Of a stretch of DNA of 64,000 nt, positions 17,802 to 31,195 are shown piece by piece. This stretch comes from Alphaproteobacteria bacterium (lineage in GTDB: Bacteria > Pseudomonadota > Alphaproteobacteria > CADEGL01): assembly GCA_026400755.1 (NCBI GenBank), contig JAPLOM010000011.1, forward strand, positions 14,815-78,814. The letters run 5' to 3'. The notes below the pieces were generated by a model. That model did not search any database. It saw nothing but the letters and a program-made list of their open reading frames with translations, and was not told where the DNA came from. Each line of letters begins with the position of its first letter. Positions within the stretch are counted from its first letter, which is position 1. Made by a program: the position numbers and the translations under genes.

Positions 17802-18716
17802 ATGTCCAAAGTTCCCCTTCGCGGCGTCTATGCCGCCGCCCTCACGCCCCTCAACGACGATCTTAGCCCTGATTTGAAGTCCCTGGTGCGCCACTACAAG
17901 TGGCTGCTGGCGAACGGCTGCGACGGTCTGGCGCCCTTGGGCACCACGGGCGAGGCCAATTCCTTTTCCGTCGACGAGCGGCTTTCCGTCATCGATGCGT
18001 TGGGCGGCTCCGGCATCCCGATGGATCGCTGCATCGTCGGCACGGGAAGCTGCGCCCTGACCGATTCCGTGCGGCTGACCAAGCGCGTTTTGGACGCCGG
18101 CGGGCGGGACGTGTTGGTGTTGCCGCCGTTCTACTACAAGAAGGTCACGGACGACGGGCTGTTCGCCTCCTTCTCTGAAGTGATTCAGCGCGTGGGCGAT
18201 TCGCGCTTGCGTCTCTACATTTACCAATTCCCCCAGATGACCGGGCTCGATCTGAGTCTGGATCTGATCGGCCGCCTGATCGACGCGTTCCCGAAGACGG
18301 TCGTGGGTGTCAAAGACAGCTCGGGTAACTGGCCGAACATGGAAGCCATGTGCAAGCGCTTCCCCGGCTTCGAGGTTTTCCCCGGCAGCGAGCGCTTCCT
18401 CCTGTCCGCGCTCAAGGCCGGCGGCGTGGGCTGCATCAGCGCGACCACCAACGTGACCGCGCCCATGGCGGCCAAGGTTTACGCCAACTGGAACAGCGAC
18501 AACGCCGACGCGCTGCAGACCGCGCTGATCGCGGTGCGCGACATCCTGGAAGCATTCCCACCCATCGCCGCCCTGAAGCAGCTTCTGGCGCGCACGACCA
18601 ACCAGGCCTCGTGGCTCAATATCCGTCCGCCGCTCATGCGCCTGACCGAGGCGCAGGTCCAGGCCCTGTTCGCCAAACTCGAGGCCGTCTCCTTCGAGAC
18701 CGCGCGCGCGGCCTGA
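17802..18716 (+). CDS. Dihydrodipicolinate synthase-family (class I aldolase) protein
   Basis: LGTTGEA, LPPFYYK, YQFPQMTG, GVKDSSG (Schiff-base Lys). Confidence 0.92.
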   Translation: MSKVPLRGVYAAALTPLNDDLSPDLKSLVRHYKWLLANGCDGLAPLGTTGEANSFSVDERLSVIDALGGSGIPMDRCIVGTGSCALTDSVRLTKRVLDAGGRDVLVLPPFYYKKVTDDGLFASFSEVIQRVGDSRLRLYIYQFPQMTGLDLSLDLIGRLIDAFPKTVVGVKDSSGNWPNMEAMCKRFPGFEVFPGSERFLLSALKAGGVGCISATTNVTAPMAAKVYANWNSDNADALQTALIAVRDILEAFPPIAALKQLLARTTNQASWLNIRPPLMRLTEAQVQALFAKLEAVSFETARAA

Positions 18717-19423
18717 TGGCGAAGCGGGCCACGGCCCCTACCCATCTCGACCTCAACGGCCGGACGGTTCCGTTCAGCATCCGCAAGGTCGCGCGGGCGC
18801 GCCGCATGACGCTGCGCGTCGACGCGGCCGCCGACGGCGTGGGTCTGACCTTGCCGCGATGGGTCAGCATCGACGAGGGGCTGCGCTTCGTGGAAACCAA
18901 GCGGGGCTGGCTCGAAAGCCGGCTGGCCCGCCTGCCGCCGCGAACCGCGATCGCGCATGATGCCGCCGTGCCGATCCTGGGCGTGCCCCACCGTATCCGC
19001 CATTGCGCCGACGCCTTGCCCTTCGTCTGGCAGGCGGAGGGCGAGCTGCGCGTCGGCGGGCCCGCGGACACCATGAGCATGCGCGTGCTGGCCTGGCTGC
19101 GCGAGCAGGCGCGAGCGGAGATCCCGCGCCGGGCGGCGGAGAAGGCCGCGCGGATCGGCCTCGGCCCTCCGCCCGTGGGATTGCGCGATACGCGCAGCCT
19201 GTGGGGAAGCTGCTCGCCTCGCGGTCGATTGTCCTTCTGCTGGCGCCTGGTGATGGCGCCCGAATCCGTTCTGGACTATGTGGTCGCGCACGAGGTCGCG
19301 CATCTGCGCCACCTCAACCACGGCAAGCGTTTCTGGGCGCTGGTCGAGACGCTGACGGGCGACATTGACGCCGCGCGCGCATGGCTCAATCGCGAAGGGC
19401 CGGGCTTGCACCGCTTCGGCTGA
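18716..19423 (+). CDS. M48/YgjP (DUF45) family metal-dependent hydrolase
   Basis: SLWGSCS, DYVVAHEVAHLRHLNHGKRFW (HExxH); TGATG overlap with the upstream gene. Confidence 0.9.
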   Translation: MAKRATAPTHLDLNGRTVPFSIRKVARARRMTLRVDAAADGVGLTLPRWVSIDEGLRFVETKRGWLESRLARLPPRTAIAHDAAVPILGVPHRIRHCADALPFVWQAEGELRVGGPADTMSMRVLAWLREQARAEIPRRAAEKAARIGLGPPPVGLRDTRSLWGSCSPRGRLSFCWRLVMAPESVLDYVVAHEVAHLRHLNHGKRFWALVETLTGDIDAARAWLNREGPGLHRFG

Positions 19424-19437
19424 AGCCGATATCCGGA

Positions 19438-19478
19438 GCAAGAGTCGGATAGAGGCGCGGCGCCCGACGCCTCATAGT
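19438..19478 (+). promoter_or_regulatory. Ada-type box (GCAA..CGG) and -10 element of the ada promoter
   Basis: GCAAGAGTCGGAT at 19438-19450 and CATAGT at 19473-19478, 6 nt before ATG 19485. Confidence 0.55.
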
Positions 19479-19484
19479 CCGGTC

Positions 19485-20570
19485 ATGGATATGGAAAGAC
19501 AGACCGACGTGAACGCAGACGAAAAATGGCAAGCCGTGATGGCGCGCGATGCGCGGCGCGACGGCGCGTTCGTCTTCGCCGTGCGCTCGACGCACATCTA
19601 TTGCCGCCCCTCCTGCCCCAGCCGCCGGCCGCTGCGCCGCAACGTCGCGTTTTATGCTACGCCCAGCGAGGCCGAGGCCCATGGCTATCGCGCCTGCCGC
19701 CGCTGCAAGCCGGCGCAAGCCGTACGGCCGGACGCGGCGGGCGACATGGTGCGCAAAGCCTGCGCCTTCATCGACGCGCGGCATGATGGGCCGCCGACCC
19801 TGGACGAGATCGCCGTCCATGTGGGGCTGAGCCCATTTCACGTTCAGCGTACGTTCAAGCGCGTGCTTGGCCTGAGCCCGCGCGCTTACGCCGATGCACG
19901 ACGACTGGGGCGGTTGAAGCAGAAATTGAAGCGCGGCGACGATATCGCGGGCGCCCTTTATGAATCGGGCTATGGTTCATCGAGCCGGCTTTACGAAGGC
20001 GCCGCGGCGAAGATGGGCATGACGCCCGCGACCTATCGCAAAGGAGGACAGGGCATGCGGATCGGCTACACGATCGTTCCATCGGCGCTGGGCAAGTTGC
20101 TGGTGGCCGCGACCGAGCGCGGCGTCGCCTATGTGGCGCTGGACGACCGCAACGCCCCGCTCGAGGCGCGTCTGCGCGAGGAGTTTCCGGCCGCGGCCAT
20201 CGCGCGCGACGACAAGGGGCTGGCGCGCTACGTGCGCCCGCTGACCGGATACCTGGATGGACGCGCGGCGGATATCGACCTGCCCGTGGACGTGCGGGCG
20301 ACCGCCTTCCAGCGCCGCGTGTGGGACGCGCTCAAGGACATCCCCGTTGGCGAGACACGAACCTACAAGGAGATCGCGCGCAAACTGGGCGATCCCAAGG
20401 CCGCGCGCGCGGTGGGCAGCGCCTGCGGACGCAATCCCGTGTCGCTGGTCGTGCCTTGCCATCGCGCCGTGCGCGAAGATGGCGGCTTGGGCGGCTACGC
20501 CTGGGGCCTGCCGCGCAAGGAGAAGCTGCTGGCCGCCGAACGCAAACGCGCGGGCCGCCGGGCCTCGTGA
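19485..20570 (+). CDS. ada: Bifunctional transcriptional activator / O6-methylguanine-DNA methyltransferase
   Basis: Zn site CRPSCPSR...RACRRC, AraC HTH, active site PCHR. Confidence 0.95.
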   Translation: MDMERQTDVNADEKWQAVMARDARRDGAFVFAVRSTHIYCRPSCPSRRPLRRNVAFYATPSEAEAHGYRACRRCKPAQAVRPDAAGDMVRKACAFIDARHDGPPTLDEIAVHVGLSPFHVQRTFKRVLGLSPRAYADARRLGRLKQKLKRGDDIAGALYESGYGSSSRLYEGAAAKMGMTPATYRKGGQGMRIGYTIVPSALGKLLVAATERGVAYVALDDRNAPLEARLREEFPAAAIARDDKGLARYVRPLTGYLDGRAADIDLPVDVRATAFQRRVWDALKDIPVGETRTYKEIARKLGDPKAARAVGSACGRNPVSLVVPCHRAVREDGGLGGYAWGLPRKEKLLAAERKRAGRRAS

Positions 20571-20581
20571 CGCGCTGAACG

Positions 20582-22618
20582 TCAGCGCTTGTCGATGGGC
20601 ACGTCCCGGACAGCCGGCGCACCACCTTCGCGCGTGACCGTGACGGATGGACGCGTGGGCGTGGCTCCGCCCGCCGCGGGCGCCATGCCGGCAGGCTGGG
20701 AGCCGCGCTCGCCGGACTTGGCCGGCGTCTGTGGCGCACCACCCGATTCGGCCACCGGCGCCGCGGCGGCCATCGGCAGGGGCTTCACCGGCTGGCCTTC
20801 CAACGCGGCCGCCATGTAGTCGTGCCACAGGGCGGCCGGCAGACGGCCGCCGGTGACCGCGCGCATCGGCGCACCGTCGTCGTTGCCGAACCAAACGCCG
20901 GTGACCAGCTCAGCCGTAAAGCCGACGAACCAAGCGTCGCGGAAATCCTGACTGGTTCCGGTCTTGCCCGCGGCGGGGCGGCCGATCTGCGCGGCGCGGC
21001 CGGTGCCTTCGGTGACGACCGCCATCATCATGTCGTCCATCTGGGCCACCTGCCGCGGCTCGACGACACGGCCGGGGCCGGAACCCTGGCGCTTGTAGAG
21101 GACGCGGCCTTCCCGGTCGCGTATCTCCTCGATGCCATAGGCCCAGACGCCGTTGCCCATGTTGGCGAAAGCCGCATAGGCCTGGGTCAGTTCGATCAAG
21201 GTCACTTCGCTGGTGCCGAGCGCGATGCTGGGCATCGGCTTCAAATCGGCCGTGATGCCGAGCCGGCGCGCGACGTTGACGACGTTGCGGCGGCCTGCCC
21301 GTTCGGACACCTGGACCGCCACGCTGTTAAGCGATTGGGCGAAGGCCTCGCGCAGCGAAACCTCGCCGCGATATTTGTTGTCGAAGTTGCGCGGGCTCCA
21401 GCCCTCGACCGAGATGGGCGTATCGACCATGCGTTCGGCCGGGTCCATGCCACGTTCGAGCGCAGCCAGATAGACAAAGGTCTTGAACGCCGAGCCCGGC
21501 TGCCGCAGCGCCTGCGTCGCGCGGTTGAACTGGCTGAGCGCATAGTCGCGCCCGCCGACCATGGCGCGCACCGCGCCGTCGGGCGACATGGACAGAAGCG
21601 CGCCCTGGCTGACGCCCGCGCTCGGCCCTTGCGCCGCCAGCACCGCGCTCAGCTTGGCCTCGGCCACGCGCTGCAACTGCGCATCCATGGTGGTGACGAC
21701 GATCAGGTCGCGGTCGGGATAGCCGACGAAGCTGGACACCTGGTCCAGCACCCAGTCGCCGAAATACCGGCCACCCTGCCCCGACAGCGCATAAGCCAAT
21801 TGCGGTCGCGTGGACTTGGCGATCTCGGCCTGCCGGCCGGTGATGAACCCCGCATCCACCATGTTGGCCAGCACCTGGTCGGTGCGGCGTGCCGAGAGAT
21901 CGCCGTCGCGCGAGGGGTTGTAGCGCGAGGGCGCCTTCAGGAGGCCGGCCAGCATGGCCGATTCGTAGAGCGTGAGCTGGCGCGGAGACTTGCCGAAATA
22001 GCGCCGCGCGGCGGCGTCGACACCGTAGGTGCCCGCGCCGAAATAGACCCGGTTCAGATAGATGGTAAGAATCTGCTCCTTCGTGTAGCGCTGTTCGAGC
22101 CACAGCGCGAGCAGCGTCTCCTGAACCTTGCGGCGGATGGTGCGCTCGGGATTGAGGAACAGGTTCTTGGCCAGCTGCTGCGTGATCGTGCTGCCGCCCT
22201 GGACCACGCGGCCCGCGCGCAGGTTGACGACCAACGCGCGTCCCATGCCCCAAGGATCGAGCCCGCCATGCTCGAAGAAGCGCCGGTCCTCGGTGGCCAA
22301 CAAAGCCTTGGGCAGATAATCGGGCAGATCGCGGACCTGGATCTGCTCGCCGTAGATGTCGCCGAACGACAGCAGCACCTGGCCGCGCGCGTCCACCAGC
22401 GTGATGCTGGGCTTGCGCTCGGCCTCGGTCAGCCGGCCAACCTCGGGCATGTCATAGGCGAAATAGGCGACAGCCGCCGCGCCCAGCGCGACAAGCCAGA
22501 TCAGCGCGGTGGCGGCCAAGCGCAGGGCGCGTGCGGGGCCCGAGCGGGGCGGCCGAGCGGTCGAGACCGGCTTGGCCGGTTTGGGCTTGCGCGCGTCGCC
22601 GCTTGGTTTAGGAGGCAT
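20582..22618 (-). CDS. Penicillin-binding protein 1A family (transglycosylase/transpeptidase)
   Basis: EDRRFFEH, QGGSTITQQLAKN, RQPGSAFK (SxxK), SLN and KTGT motifs. Confidence 0.95.
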   Translation of the reverse strand: MPPKPSGDARKPKPAKPVSTARPPRSGPARALRLAATALIWLVALGAAAVAYFAYDMPEVGRLTEAERKPSITLVDARGQVLLSFGDIYGEQIQVRDLPDYLPKALLATEDRRFFEHGGLDPWGMGRALVVNLRAGRVVQGGSTITQQLAKNLFLNPERTIRRKVQETLLALWLEQRYTKEQILTIYLNRVYFGAGTYGVDAAARRYFGKSPRQLTLYESAMLAGLLKAPSRYNPSRDGDLSARRTDQVLANMVDAGFITGRQAEIAKSTRPQLAYALSGQGGRYFGDWVLDQVSSFVGYPDRDLIVVTTMDAQLQRVAEAKLSAVLAAQGPSAGVSQGALLSMSPDGAVRAMVGGRDYALSQFNRATQALRQPGSAFKTFVYLAALERGMDPAERMVDTPISVEGWSPRNFDNKYRGEVSLREAFAQSLNSVAVQVSERAGRRNVVNVARRLGITADLKPMPSIALGTSEVTLIELTQAYAAFANMGNGVWAYGIEEIRDREGRVLYKRQGSGPGRVVEPRQVAQMDDMMMAVVTEGTGRAAQIGRPAAGKTGTSQDFRDAWFVGFTAELVTGVWFGNDDGAPMRAVTGGRLPAALWHDYMAAALEGQPVKPLPMAAAAPVAESGGAPQTPAKSGERGSQPAGMAPAAGGATPTRPSVTVTREGGAPAVRDVPIDKR

Positions 22619-22740
22619 GCTCGGTCTCTGGGCAGGGGGGCGGCGCCATCGTGGCGTGCGTGGATATCCGCGAAGCCGCAGCGTTTCCCCTTAGGCGGGG
22701 AAAACGGCGAATCTGCGGCACGGTTCCCGCCGCAGCTTCC

Positions 22741-26390
<3,650 letters not shown>

Positions 26391-26409
26391 CGTAAACGCA
26401 AGCGCAGCG

Positions 26410-27528
26410 TCAGACCCTCATGGGCATGAGAACGTAGAGCGCGCCGGGTTCGGACGCGTCGCGCACGATCGTGGGCGACGCCGCGTCGGACATGGCGAAC
26501 TCGGCCTCCTCGCCCTTGATCTGCTCGGCGATGTCGAGCAGGTAGCGCGAGTTGAAGCCGATCTCGATGGCGCCGCCGGCATAGCGGGCCTCGATCTCTT
26601 CCGTCGCCGTGCCGGTGTCCTGGCCGCTGGCCGAGAGCGTCAGCATGCCTTCGGACAATGCCATCTTCACCGCGCGCGACTGGTCCTTGGCGATGGTCGA
26701 GACGCGATCGACGGCATCCTTGAAATCCTTGGGGCGCACGCCCATCAGCTTGTCGTTCTGCTGGGGGATGACGCGCTCGTAGTCCGGGAAGGTGCCGTCG
26801 ATCAGCTTGGAGGTCAGCACCACGCCATCGAAGGCCAGGCGGACGCGCGTCTCGCTGAGCGAGACCTTGACCGCGTCCGAGCTTTCGTCGACCAGTTTGC
26901 GGATCTCGCTGACCGCCTTGCGCGGCACGATCACGCCGGGCATGCCCTTGGCGCCGTCCGGCAGCGGCATCTCGAAGCGCGCCAAGCGGTGGCCGTCGGT
27001 CGCGACCGCACGCAGCATGTCGACCTTGCCGCTTTTCGCCGCGTGCAGGTAGATGCCGTTCAGATAGTAACGCGTCTCCTCGGTCGAGATGGCGAAGCGC
27101 GTGCGGTCGATCAGGTCGCGGAAGGCGGACGCCTCGAGCGAGAATTCGAAGGGCAAGTCGCCCGCGCTCATGACCGGAAAATCCTCGATCGGCAGGCAGG
27201 ACAGGCTGAAGCGCGCGCGGCCCGCGCGCAGCACCATCTGCGCGTTGCCAGCGGTCAGTTCCATCTGCACCTGGGCGCCCTCGGGCAGCTTGCGCACGAT
27301 GTCGTAAAGCGTGTGGGCCGAGGTGGTGGTGGCGACGGGCTTGGAAACCTCCGCCGCGACCTCTTCGCGCATGGCCAGATCCATGTCCGTGGCGCTGAGC
27401 GCGAGCTTGCCGTCCTTCGCTTCGATCAGGACGTTGGAAATAATGGGGATGGTGTTGCGCCGCTCGACGACGCTTTGGACGTGGGACAGGGCCTTCAACA
27501 GCGCTGCGCGCTCAATCGTGACTTTCAT
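26410..27528 (-). CDS. dnaN: DNA polymerase III beta clamp
   Basis: ATDMDL, TEETRYYLNG, ATDGHRLA, GTFPDY, VLMPMRV. Confidence 0.98.
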   Translation of the reverse strand: MKVTIERAALLKALSHVQSVVERRNTIPIISNVLIEAKDGKLALSATDMDLAMREEVAAEVSKPVATTTSAHTLYDIVRKLPEGAQVQMELTAGNAQMVLRAGRARFSLSCLPIEDFPVMSAGDLPFEFSLEASAFRDLIDRTRFAISTEETRYYLNGIYLHAAKSGKVDMLRAVATDGHRLARFEMPLPDGAKGMPGVIVPRKAVSEIRKLVDESSDAVKVSLSETRVRLAFDGVVLTSKLIDGTFPDYERVIPQQNDKLMGVRPKDFKDAVDRVSTIAKDQSRAVKMALSEGMLTLSASGQDTGTATEEIEARYAGGAIEIGFNSRYLLDIAEQIKGEEAEFAMSDAASPTIVRDASEPGALYVLMPMRV

Positions 27529-27591
27529 GGGTTTTGCGCACTCCGCCGGACGGTTCGACGCACGAAAAGAGGCCGATTCCCCCGGTCGAAC

Positions 27592-27620
27592 AGAATACGG
27601 TTCGCGGCCCTTTTGGGCAA
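27592..27620 (-). promoter_or_regulatory. Putative sigma70 promoter of dnaN
   Basis: TTGCCC-N17-TATTCT on the minus strand. Confidence 0.55.
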
Positions 27621-27728
27621 TGAAAAAGGGGAGCGGAACAAAGGCCTAAGCCCTTGTCCCGACTGAGATTTAATGGGTTATCCCGGGGCGGTCCCGGGCG
27701 GCTCGAAAGAGGGGGCGAAGGGGACCCT

Positions 27729-27750
27729 AAAAGCGCCCGCAAGGGCGCTT
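27729..27750 (-). terminator. Hairpin terminator after dnaA
   Basis: AAGCGCCC-TTGC-GGGCGCTT followed by a short T run. Confidence 0.6.
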
Positions 27751-27758
27751 CAAAAGGG

Positions 27759-29159
27759 TCAGTTTTCGAGCATCCGGCGCAAAAGCTCGACATCGTCGCC
27801 AAAGCTGGCGTCGAGGGAGCGCAGCTCCTCCACCTTCTTCACGGCATGCATCACCGTGGTGTGGTCGCGGCCGCCGAATTTCCGGCCGATTTCGGGCAAG
27901 GAGCGCGTGGTCAGCTGCTTGGCCAAGTACATGGCGACTTGGCGCGGCCGGGCCACCGCGCGGGCACGGCGGGCGGAATGCATCTCGGAGAGGCGGATAT
28001 TGTAGTGCTCGGCCACGCGCTTCTGGATTTCCTCGATGGTAACGCGGCGGTCGGTGGCGCGCAGCAGGTCGTGCAGCACCTCCTGGGTCATCTCCAGGCT
28101 GATGTCGCGGCCAACCAGGGTGCCGTGGGCGACGATGCGGTTCAGCGCACCCTCCAGCTCGCGCACGTTCGACGTGATGCGATGGGCCAGGAACTCCATC
28201 ACCTTGCGCGGGATCGCGGCGCCCAATTGCTCGGACTTCGAATCCAGGATGCCCAGGCGCAGCTCATAGGTCGTGGGGTGGATGTCGGCGACCAAGCCCC
28301 AACCCAGACGCGAGCGCAACCGCTCTTCCATCCCCTCCAGATCCGACGGCGATTTGTCAGCCGAGATGATCACCTGGTGATTCTGATCCACCAAGGTGTT
28401 GAAGGTGTGAAAGAATTCTTCCTGGGTCGATTCCTTGCCGCTGATGAACTGGACATCGTCAATCATCAGAACGTCGACGCTGCGGAACTGCTCCTTGAAC
28501 GCCATCGTGTCCTTGAAACGCAGCGCACGGATGAACTGATACATGAACTTTTCGGCGGAAAGATAGATCACGCGCCGATTCGGCTGGCGCATCCGGAGAT
28601 GCCACGCGATCGCGTGCATGAGGTGCGTCTTGCCCAGACCCACGCCGCCATAGAGGAACAGCGGGTTGAAGGAGACCTTGTCGGCCTCGGCCACCCGGCG
28701 GGCCGCTGCGTGCGCGAACTCGTTCGGCTTGCCGACGACGAAATTCTTGAACGTGAAGCGTGGGTCGAGCGGCGCGCTGAAGGCGTTGCGGTCATCGGCG
28801 GGCACCGGCAGCGGCGCGTCCTCGGCTTCGGCGGCGGGTTTGGCCGCGGCGATGCCCTTGGGAAGCGTCCTGTCCTCGGACGGGCGCGTGGCGTCGACCA
28901 CGACCTCGATGCGCCGCACCTCGGTGTTCATCTGATTCCAGACCGCGGTGATGCGATCGGCGTAATTTTGGGCGACCCAATCGCGGACAAAGCGCGTGGG
29001 CACCGAAACGCTGACGCAACCGCCGTCGACGTCCTTGAGAGTCAAAGGCTTGAGCCAGCTTCTGTAGGTGGCTTCGCCGAATTCCGCGCGCAGGCGGCCG
29101 CGCACGCGCGCCCACTCAGCCCGGATTTCCGCATCGTTGCGGCGGTCGGCGGCGCTCAT
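27759..29159 (-). CDS. dnaA: Chromosomal replication initiator DnaA
   Basis: NPLFLYGGVGLGKTHL, IDDVQF, NVRELEGAL, GGRDHTTV; start MSAADRR overlaps the rhodanese stop (ATGA). Confidence 0.98.
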   Translation of the reverse strand: MSAADRRNDAEIRAEWARVRGRLRAEFGEATYRSWLKPLTLKDVDGGCVSVSVPTRFVRDWVAQNYADRITAVWNQMNTEVRRIEVVVDATRPSEDRTLPKGIAAAKPAAEAEDAPLPVPADDRNAFSAPLDPRFTFKNFVVGKPNEFAHAAARRVAEADKVSFNPLFLYGGVGLGKTHLMHAIAWHLRMRQPNRRVIYLSAEKFMYQFIRALRFKDTMAFKEQFRSVDVLMIDDVQFISGKESTQEEFFHTFNTLVDQNHQVIISADKSPSDLEGMEERLRSRLGWGLVADIHPTTYELRLGILDSKSEQLGAAIPRKVMEFLAHRITSNVRELEGALNRIVAHGTLVGRDISLEMTQEVLHDLLRATDRRVTIEEIQKRVAEHYNIRLSEMHSARRARAVARPRQVAMYLAKQLTTRSLPEIGRKFGGRDHTTVMHAVKKVEELRSLDASFGDDVELLRRMLEN

Positions 29160-29581
29160 TCCTGCACCCAAGGCAGGGCGGCAGCCTTCCAACCGTCGAC
29201 CGCGCCGCGATGGCGCTGGCCGTCGTGCGGACCTTCGAAGCCGCCCGCGACATTGTGGCAACGCGCATAACCGGCGGACGTCATCGCGATCGCAGCGGAT
29301 TTAGAGCGCACGCCGGAACGGCACAAGAACAGCACCGCCTTGTCCGGCGAAACGCCGGCCGCGGAAAGCTGCGCGCCGAAATCAGGGTTGGGCTTCATGC
29401 CCGGAAAGGTCTGCCAAGACACAAGCGCTACTTTCTTTCCCAAGGATGAAAGGTCGGGAACACCCACGAACGACCATTCCGCCTGACTGCGGACGTCGAC
29501 CAGGACGGAATTCGGATCGCGTGCGAGCATTTCCCAGCTCTCTCGCACCGTCAAATCGCCGGTATAGTATTCGCCTTGCAC
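29156..29581 (-). CDS. Single-domain rhodanese-like sulfurtransferase
   Basis: LVDVRSQAEW, active loop CRSGVRS, NVAGGFEG, GWKAAALPW. Confidence 0.92.
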   Translation of the reverse strand: MQGEYYTGDLTVRESWEMLARDPNSVLVDVRSQAEWSFVGVPDLSSLGKKVALVSWQTFPGMKPNPDFGAQLSAAGVSPDKAVLFLCRSGVRSKSAAIAMTSAGYARCHNVAGGFEGPHDGQRHRGAVDGWKAAALPWVQE

Positions 29582-29818
29582 GCCGCGCCCCTAAATCAAG
29601 CACGTCCGTTGTCGCGGACTTCGTCTTCGTTTCGTGCCGGTGATCTCTCAGCGAGATCTCCGTGCACCGCCCAAACGCCTATCACCCAATGAACAGGAAC
29701 CGAAAGCGCGGCCCGTTCTTTTTTTTCGTCTCTTAAACTCGTTCTATGGGAGACGATGCAACCTGATTTCAGAATGCACCGTCGAAAGGTGCGACTGCCC
29801 CCCGCGTCGACATCGGCG

Positions 29819-29847
29819 AATGTATCCACGCACGTCTGGACTGACAA
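29819..29847 (-). promoter_or_regulatory. Putative sigma70 promoter of rhodanese-dnaA with an overlapping DnaA-box-like site
   Basis: TTGTCA-N17-TACATT on the minus strand; GTATCCACG (7/9 match to TTATCCACA) at 29822-29830. Confidence 0.55.
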
Positions 29848-29939
29848 CGGGATCGAACGCCGAACGTGCCAAAAAGTTTTTGTGCGACGATTAAGAATCG
29901 TCTTGAAAAAACTTCGCGCAGGGAATCCCGAGAATCGAA

Positions 29940-29970
29940 ACGGCCGCGTCGCTTTCGCAACGCGGCCGTC
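29940..29970 (-). terminator. Terminator hairpin after rpsT
   Basis: GACGGCCGCGTTGC-GAAA-GCGACGCGGCCGTTT on the minus strand. Confidence 0.7.
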
Positions 29971-29996
29971 GAGACTTGCAAAGAACGTTCCGGTGT

Positions 29997-30263
29997 TTAG
30001 GTCTTCAACGTCTTAATGCGCTTCGCAAGACGCGAAACCTTGCGCGCGACCGTGCGCTTCGACGTGATGCCCTTGCGCGCGCCGCGCTGAAGCGCGGGCT
30101 GTGCCGAGCGAAGCGCCGAGCGAGCCGCGTTGGCATCGCCGGAGGCGATCGCCTCTTCGACTTTGCGCATAGCCGAGCGGACACGCCCCTTGCGCGCGGT
30201 ATTAATGGTCTGGCGCCGCGCGTTGCGACGAATCCGCTTCTCGGCCGATTTATGTTGAGCCAT
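29997..30263 (-). CDS. rpsT: 30S ribosomal protein S20
   Basis: [13 protein letters not shown]...N...RKVSRL; basic 88-aa protein upstream of dnaA. Confidence 0.96.
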   Translation of the reverse strand: MAQHKSAEKRIRRNARRQTINTARKGRVRSAMRKVEEAIASGDANAARSALRSAQPALQRGARKGITSKRTVARKVSRLAKRIKTLKT

Positions 30264-30331
30264 GAGTTTCTCGCTTTTTCGGGAATATTTGCTGGCGAAT
30301 CCGGTAAACCCACGGATCGCCCCTGCGCGGG

Positions 30332-30361
30332 CTTATATCGCCCGCGCGCGACATGGGTCAA
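30332..30361 (-). promoter_or_regulatory. Putative sigma70 promoter of rpsT
   Basis: TTGACC-N18-TATAAG on the minus strand. Confidence 0.5.
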
Positions 30362-30397
30362 GGCAGCCGTCCTAGCGTGTGCCGCGCCGCAAGACCC

Positions 30398-31174
30398 CTA
30401 CAGGTTGCGGAACTTTGGTGGACGCTTATCGGAAAAGGCCGCCATCCCTTCCTTTTGGTCATCGAGCGCAAAAGTGGAATGGAATACGCGGCGCTCGAAC
30501 TTGAGCCCCTCGGCCAGCGTCGTCTCGAAGGCGCGGTTGACGGATTCCTTGGCCATCATGGTCACGGGCCGCGACAGAGCAGCGATCTTGCCCGCGGTCT
30601 TGAGCGCTTCGTCGATCAGTTCGGCGGCGGGCACGACGCGGCTGACCAATCCGCAACGCTCGGCCTCGGCCGCGTCCATCATCCGCCCCGTCAGGCACAT
30701 TTCCATCGCCTTCGACTTTCCGACGAAACGCGGCAGGCGCTGGGTGCCGCCCGCGCCGGGAATGGTGCCGATGGTGATCTCGGGCTGCCCAAAGCGCGCC
30801 GTGTCCGCCGCGAGGATGAAATCACACATCATCGCGACCTCGCAGCCGCCGCCGAGCGCGTAGCCAGCCACCGCCGCGATGATCGGTTTGCGGCAGGTCG
30901 TGACACGCTCCCAACCCCTTGTGATGAAATCGGACAGGTATACGTCCATGTAGGTCTTGTCGCGCATCTCCTTGATGTCGGCGCCCGCGGCAAAGGCCTT
31001 GTCGCTGCCGGTCAGCACGATGGCGCCGATGCCGTCATCCGCTTCGAAAGCGTCGAGCGCGTGGCCAAGATCCACGATCAGCGCCGCGCACAGCGCGTTC
31101 AGCGCCTTAGGACGGTTGAGCCGGATCAATCCGACGGCGCCGTGGGTCTCGACGATAATATTTTCGTAAGCCAT
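30398..31174 (-). CDS. Enoyl-CoA hydratase
   Basis: [39 protein letters not shown]. Confidence 0.95.
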   Translation of the reverse strand: MAYENIIVETHGAVGLIRLNRPKALNALCAALIVDLGHALDAFEADDGIGAIVLTGSDKAFAAGADIKEMRDKTYMDVYLSDFITRGWERVTTCRKPIIAAVAGYALGGGCEVAMMCDFILAADTARFGQPEITIGTIPGAGGTQRLPRFVGKSKAMEMCLTGRMMDAAEAERCGLVSRVVPAAELIDEALKTAGKIAALSRPVTMMAKESVNRAFETTLAEGLKFERRVFHSTFALDDQKEGMAAFSDKRPPKFRNL

Positions 31175-31195
31175 AGGTGTGGTTCTCCCTGAAAA

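Noticed and set aside
29596-29847. 83-aa ORF upstream of the rhodanese gene
   Set aside because: Starts at the TTG of the predicted -35 hexamer, has no SD and has atypical codon usage.
27529-29996. oriC flanking dnaA
   Set aside because: Only single degenerate DnaA-box-like sites and no box cluster or clear unwinding element; alphaproteobacterial oriC is often elsewhere. A GC-skew calculation would be needed.
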